From Piromyces finnis finn (lineage: Eukaryota; Fungi; Neocallimastigomycota), in the NCBI GenBank assembly GCA_002104945.1, contig MCFH01000060.1, positions 124,001-188,000 on the forward strand: a stretch of 64,000 nucleotides of DNA, given 5' to 3'. Each line of letters opens with the position of its first letter. Position 1 is the stretch's first letter. Shown here in pieces: positions 59,237-64,000 of the stretch. The notes under the pieces are model-generated. The model was not told the DNA's origin. It saw only the letters and a program-made list of their open reading frames with translations, and did not search any database. The translations under genes were made by a program, and so were the position numbers.

Positions 59237-62200
59237 ATGTCAGTCCTTTATATTAAAGATAAGAATTATATCAGACGTGGTACCCGGTCTTATGGTATCC
59301 CCTTAGATGATATTCGCTCCTTCTTTATCCGTGGTATTCGATCATGGTCAGTAAATATGCTATGGGAAAAACTCGAGGTTATTCTAGAAGATAAATTTAA
59401 TTCAGTTATTAGTGTTAAATATTTTCAAACTTTCAATGATCACTTTTTCTTAGTCAAGGTTCATGGTTCATCAAAAGATTGTATTAAAATCTTACACATG
59501 TTAAAGAAGAAACTTTCAGTTACCTCAATTTCCTTTTCAGCTCGTAGTAGAAGGAATCACAAATACACTTTTTCCACTCTCAAACGTAAAATTTTAGTTT
59601 CTAATAAACATCAACATTCTATTCAACAATCATTTCAACAATCAGTTCAACAATCTCATCAACAATCCGATCTTCAACAAATTTCCCATCATGAAAATAT
59701 TCCAGATCTACAGCAAACACAATTTCAATCTCAACATTCAACAATTAATTATAATAGCTCTATCAACTCTGCTAACAGTTCAATAGTTGATAGTTCTTCA
59801 GTTTCACAGCCATCTAGTAATAGTTCTACTTATTCCTCTGATGCATCATCCATTAATAATGATGACTTTAATAATAGTAATAATAGCAACGATTCTTCCT
59901 CATCCTCATCCAACAAGCCTGATAACTTTTCTTTTTGTCTTAGTTGGAACACCAATGGGTGGAATCACGAAAAGAGAGATAGTATTAGCTATTTCACAGC
60001 TATTTTCAAACCATTATTTTTATGTTTCCAAGAAACTGGTAATGGTTCTGGATCGAATACAGATTATCCTTGTCGTGTTACTTTGCGAAACTATAGACAC
60101 TTTTTCAAGAAAGCTGACGAATCAGTTCCTGGAATGAGAGGTTTATATTTAGGTTTTCACAATTTGTGTCAAGCCTCACTTGAAAACTTCTCTGGAAAGT
60201 ATATTATTTCTATTTATACTTTTAGTCTCTGGAATAGATTCAAATACTCGATTGGAAATGTTTATATGCCTCATAGTCATCACAACATCTATGTTGATCA
60301 TGCAAAGTTAGAAGTTCGCTTGTGGTTACAAACTCATTCATCCCATCCATCGATTCTTGTTGGTGATTTTAATATGTCTAAAGTAAAATTATCCAACTGG
60401 TTATCAACTAATGGATTAGGAGATTGGGAAATTCTTCCGCTTAGAGGATCGACTATCTCTTGGACTCGAGGTGATCAATCTTCCGACATTGACCATGCTC
60501 TTATCAATTCGAAGATGAAAGATCTTATTCACTCAGGATCATTTATAAATAATTTTTATCCAATATCAGACCATAAGCCACTTCTTATTAATGGTAAAAT
60601 TATTCCTATGGATGATTTTTCTAATGACTTTAATGTTCCTAAGAAAATTCTGAAATGGAATAGATTAAAATGTATTGAGGAAAAGGAATCTATTCTTAGT
60701 CATAATAAATTCCAAATTCTTTCAGCAAAATCCAACGATCCTAATGTTTCTACAGATGAACTTTCCAAAGAGTTTACTTCAACTGCTTTTTCAATTGCAG
60801 ACGAGCTCAGTATTACCTCAGCAAATAATGTTATAAAGTCTTCATTTCATATTTCACAACAAATTTTTAATCTCCAAAAAATCAAAATGAAGTTGTATAA
60901 GAGATTTAAAAAAGAAAGAATTTATGATATAGATGAATTTATTAAAAGAATTAAAATCTACCGTAAGCTCATTGATTACATCCACAAAAGATGTAATGAA
61001 TTTAGGAAACAAGAATATCTTCATTGGATTAAAACAGGATGTGAGTATATGAAGAGTCATAATCCTAAGAAGGCCTGGAAATGGATCAAGAAAACTGCAA
61101 AAATTGGAAAAGATTCTTTCTTTATTGCTCAACCAATTAAAAATAAAAATGGAGAATTAGTTGTTGCTACGGAAGAACAACTAGAAGTGTGGCATGATCA
61201 TTTCGAAAACCTTGCATCAGATCCAAGTGGTGTAAGTCTTGATTTGGAGCATTGGTATGAAGAACCAACGAATAAACGTTTTTCACTTCCTATGCTTGAT
61301 GAATGGGATATCAACCAAGATATTAGTATTGATGAAGTCAAGTCAGCTATCCTCACTACTCCAAATTATAAAGCATCAGGTCCGGATGGTATTCCAATTG
61401 AATTTTACAAAGCATTAATTCCATCAAGTAATGATTCTAATAATGCTACAGGTAATAATTCTTCTGGTAATACCACTTCAGATAATGATGCTTATGGTTT
61501 AAATTTTATTCTTAAATTATTCAACCGTACTTGGGATGGAGATTTCCCCAACTCATGGAATGAATCCAGTATTGTTTCCATTCCTAAGAAGGGAGATTTG
61601 ACAGATTGTGATAACTATCGAGGTATATCACTTATCAATAATGGTATTAAGTTGATTTCCAAAATTGTCACCACTAGAATTTCAGAATATGGTCTAAAGA
61701 ATAATTTCATTAGACCTGAACAATTTGGTTTTCGAAAAAAGGAAGAAAGTATCAGTCTTTTCATTTCAATCCAAGAAATATGCCGTAGACGTCAATTAGA
61801 TAATAAAGAGACATATTTGGCCTTTTTAGATCTCAGGAAAGCATACGATTCAGTCCCAATCGGTAATATTCTCCATAAATTAGATTGTTTAGGAATCCGA
61901 GGTAAGAGTTTACAATTCATCAAAAATTTATATTTAACATCTAAGGCTAATGTCAAATTAGATGGACAATTCTCGAAATCTTTTGATGTGAAGAAAGGAG
62001 TCCGTCAAGGATGCCCTCTTTCTCCTATTCTCTTTAATCTCTTTATTAATGATATATTTAAAGAGTGCGAAGATCTAGGAGTCAGTTTAGGTGACACTCG
62101 ATGCTGTGGTGGACTTTTTGCAGATGATATAGTTATTTGTGCTCCAACAAGAGGATGCTTAAAAAAGATGCTTAGAAGAGTTAATGAATGGGCCTTGTAT

Positions 62201-63703
62201 AATGAAATGGAATTTGGTATCCAGAAATGTTCAACGATGGTGATTCGTCCTGAATCAATAGAAAATCAGAACAAGAGAGATCCAACATTTTACTTAGCAG
62301 GACAACCCATTCCAACTACTGATTGTTATACTTATCTTGGTGTTCCATTTGATAAGAATCTGTCCCTTAAACCAGTTATTAAAGCTCTTAATAACAAGGT
62401 TTTGAAAGGACTTTTTTCAGTCAGTAAATTCTTAAGAAATCCTAATATTCCTATTCCCTTCAAAAAGCTAGTACTTAACTCACAAGTGATTAGCAGAGTT
62501 TCATACTTTGCACCATTACTTGGATCCAACAAAGCTAGGTCTAGGATTGCTCAGAAGCATGTTAACAAAGGAGTACGATGGGTTGCCGGAGTTCATAAAG
62601 CTGTATCGTTTATATCTTTATACTCTATTTCAAAAGATTTGAATATTCCTCCATTGTCAGCCAAATGTGCGTTAGCTCAGGTTAGATGTTTTAACAAATG
62701 GAAAAACTCGAATTGTATTATCTCACACCTTGTCAATTACATTCCTAAATTTAGAAAATACACGTGGTGCAAATCAGGTAGGACACTTGATAAAAAACTA
62801 AAGAAGCATGGAGATGTTAAAGCAGTTAAAAACTTTTATTGGAAAGATCTCAAAGGGAATTCTATCAAAGCGCAATATTATGATGATAATAAATTTATTG
62901 AAACTAAAGATTTTATTAAATTATGTTATGAATACCCAGAGTTTGCCTATGGCTTCTACTGGCTATTGAAAGCAAGAAGCGGATACAAGTTGGATGCTAG
63001 AGTTGCCAAAGCTGCTAAATTTGTTGATCCAGTTTGTCCTAACTACTGTCCATGTTGCAAGTGTGGTGTTCAAAGTATTAAACATTGGTTATTAGATTGT
63101 CCAACATTTAGAGATATCCGTATTAAACATTATGATTCCATAGTCCAGCTATTAAATTTTTTCAGTCAACGTAATTCCAATAGTCCTATCAATAATAATG
63201 AAAATGTTAATATCAGCAGAGATAGCAATAACAGTAATAGTAATAGTAACAATAGTAGTAATAACAATAGTAGTAATAGAAATAATAATATTAGTAATGA
63301 TAGCAATAGTGAAGATAATAATTCTAATTTAGATAGTAATTTAGTTAATGATAGTAATAGTTCTAATAATCCGGTGAATATTAATGTGTATGATTATTCT
63401 AGTGTGTGCAGTAAAATATTTAAATTCCTTCTTGGGGGAAGAAGTTTTAACAATATTAATTACAATTCAAGGGAATGGAAAGAACTTTGTAAGCGTCAGA
63501 TTCAATCTGGTACTAACGAAGGAACTCCATTCTTGACGGTAACCGCGGAACTTCTAACCAAAATCATGCCTTTTGCTATTGGCCAGCAATGGTCAATGTT
63601 CAAAAGGTTTGAAGCAACATCCAAGAGCGTCAATGCTGAAGAAACAGTAAGACAGGCCAGGAGGGCCAGCGCAACCAATGGAGATCATAATTTTGTTCCA
63701 TGA
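59237..63703 (+). CDS. LINE polyprotein: N-terminal extension, apurinic-type endonuclease, reverse transcriptase, C-terminal Cys/His motif
   Basis: SWNTNG, QETG, GDFN, DH and SDH endonuclease motifs; GVRQGCPLSPILFNLFIND and LFADD RT motifs; CPCC...HWLLDC. Confidence 0.96.
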   Translation: MSVLYIKDKNYIRRGTRSYGIPLDDIRSFFIRGIRSWSVNMLWEKLEVILEDKFNSVISVKYFQTFNDHFFLVKVHGSSKDCIKILHMLKKKLSVTSISFSARSRRNHKYTFSTLKRKILVSNKHQHSIQQSFQQSVQQSHQQSDLQQISHHENIPDLQQTQFQSQHSTINYNSSINSANSSIVDSSSVSQPSSNSSTYSSDASSINNDDFNNSNNSNDSSSSSSNKPDNFSFCLSWNTNGWNHEKRDSISYFTAIFKPLFLCFQETGNGSGSNTDYPCRVTLRNYRHFFKKADESVPGMRGLYLGFHNLCQASLENFSGKYIISIYTFSLWNRFKYSIGNVYMPHSHHNIYVDHAKLEVRLWLQTHSSHPSILVGDFNMSKVKLSNWLSTNGLGDWEILPLRGSTISWTRGDQSSDIDHALINSKMKDLIHSGSFINNFYPISDHKPLLINGKIIPMDDFSNDFNVPKKILKWNRLKCIEEKESILSHNKFQILSAKSNDPNVSTDELSKEFTSTAFSIADELSITSANNVIKSSFHISQQIFNLQKIKMKLYKRFKKERIYDIDEFIKRIKIYRKLIDYIHKRCNEFRKQEYLHWIKTGCEYMKSHNPKKAWKWIKKTAKIGKDSFFIAQPIKNKNGELVVATEEQLEVWHDHFENLASDPSGVSLDLEHWYEEPTNKRFSLPMLDEWDINQDISIDEVKSAILTTPNYKASGPDGIPIEFYKALIPSSNDSNNATGNNSSGNTTSDNDAYGLNFILKLFNRTWDGDFPNSWNESSIVSIPKKGDLTDCDNYRGISLINNGIKLISKIVTTRISEYGLKNNFIRPEQFGFRKKEESISLFISIQEICRRRQLDNKETYLAFLDLRKAYDSVPIGNILHKLDCLGIRGKSLQFIKNLYLTSKANVKLDGQFSKSFDVKKGVRQGCPLSPILFNLFINDIFKECEDLGVSLGDTRCCGGLFADDIVICAPTRGCLKKMLRRVNEWALYNEMEFGIQKCSTMVIRPESIENQNKRDPTFYLAGQPIPTTDCYTYLGVPFDKNLSLKPVIKALNNKVLKGLFSVSKFLRNPNIPIPFKKLVLNSQVISRVSYFAPLLGSNKARSRIAQKHVNKGVRWVAGVHKAVSFISLYSISKDLNIPPLSAKCALAQVRCFNKWKNSNCIISHLVNYIPKFRKYTWCKSGRTLDKKLKKHGDVKAVKNFYWKDLKGNSIKAQYYDDNKFIETKDFIKLCYEYPEFAYGFYWLLKARSGYKLDARVAKAAKFVDPVCPNYCPCCKCGVQSIKHWLLDCPTFRDIRIKHYDSIVQLLNFFSQRNSNSPINNNENVNISRDSNNSNSNSNNSSNNNSSNRNNNISNDSNSEDNNSNLDSNLVNDSNSSNNPVNINVYDYSSVCSKIFKFLLGGRSFNNINYNSREWKELCKRQIQSGTNEGTPFLTVTAELLTKIMPFAIGQQWSMFKRFEATSKSVNAEETVRQARRASATNGDHNFVP

Positions 63704-64000
63704 CAAAATTTTGATCTTTGGCTCGGTGTCCCATTGGAAGTCAAATACAATTATTATACTTTAGTATGATAGTGGCTTTCTTACTTTAATTAAAATTACT
63801 AGAATACATTATACCCAATTTTTATTCATTTGTGTTTATTTAAACATATTTTTTTTATTTTTATTTTTATTTTTTAATTTTTTATTACATGTATTATAAT
63901 TTTAATTAAATTAATAATAAAGTTTAAAATATTTGATGCTGTTAAAAAAAAAAAAAAAAAAAAAAAAGGCCTTTTCATTGAATTTACAATAGGTAATTCA

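Larger units (their letters stand above)
58244..63967 (+). mobile_element. Full-length APE-type non-LTR retrotransposon (LINE) with a single ORF
   Basis: 11-12-bp TSD (A)GGCCTTTTCAT (58232-58243, 63967-63978), 3' poly(A) tail, repeated 5' modules, and an intact ORF. Confidence 0.96.

Overview
Very AT-rich eukaryotic genomic DNA, most likely from an anaerobic gut fungus (Neocallimastigomycota), inferred from the fungal dockerin/CBM10-type module, the intronless bacterial-like GH43 genes and the extreme AT content. Positions 1-46 kb are almost entirely LTR retrotransposon DNA organised around two tRNA-Arg(UCU) genes. Chromodomain-less Ty3/gypsy elements and solo LTRs are stacked 12-14 bp upstream of the tRNAs; the full-length ones have tRNA-primed PBSs, a -1 frameshift and 4-bp TSDs. 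Self-priming chromoviruses with 5-bp TSDs are nested inside those older elements. One nested element is non-coding, shares its PBS and PPT signals with an autonomous chromovirus, and carries an array of 8 conserved long hairpins. Positions 49.5-57.5 kb hold two identical GH43-CBM6-CBM13-dockerin genes, followed by a full-length single-ORF LINE (58.2-64 kb) that shares a 41-nt motif with a SINE-like insert at 21.6 kb. All alignments, folds and domain calls were made by eye; nothing was computed or searched.
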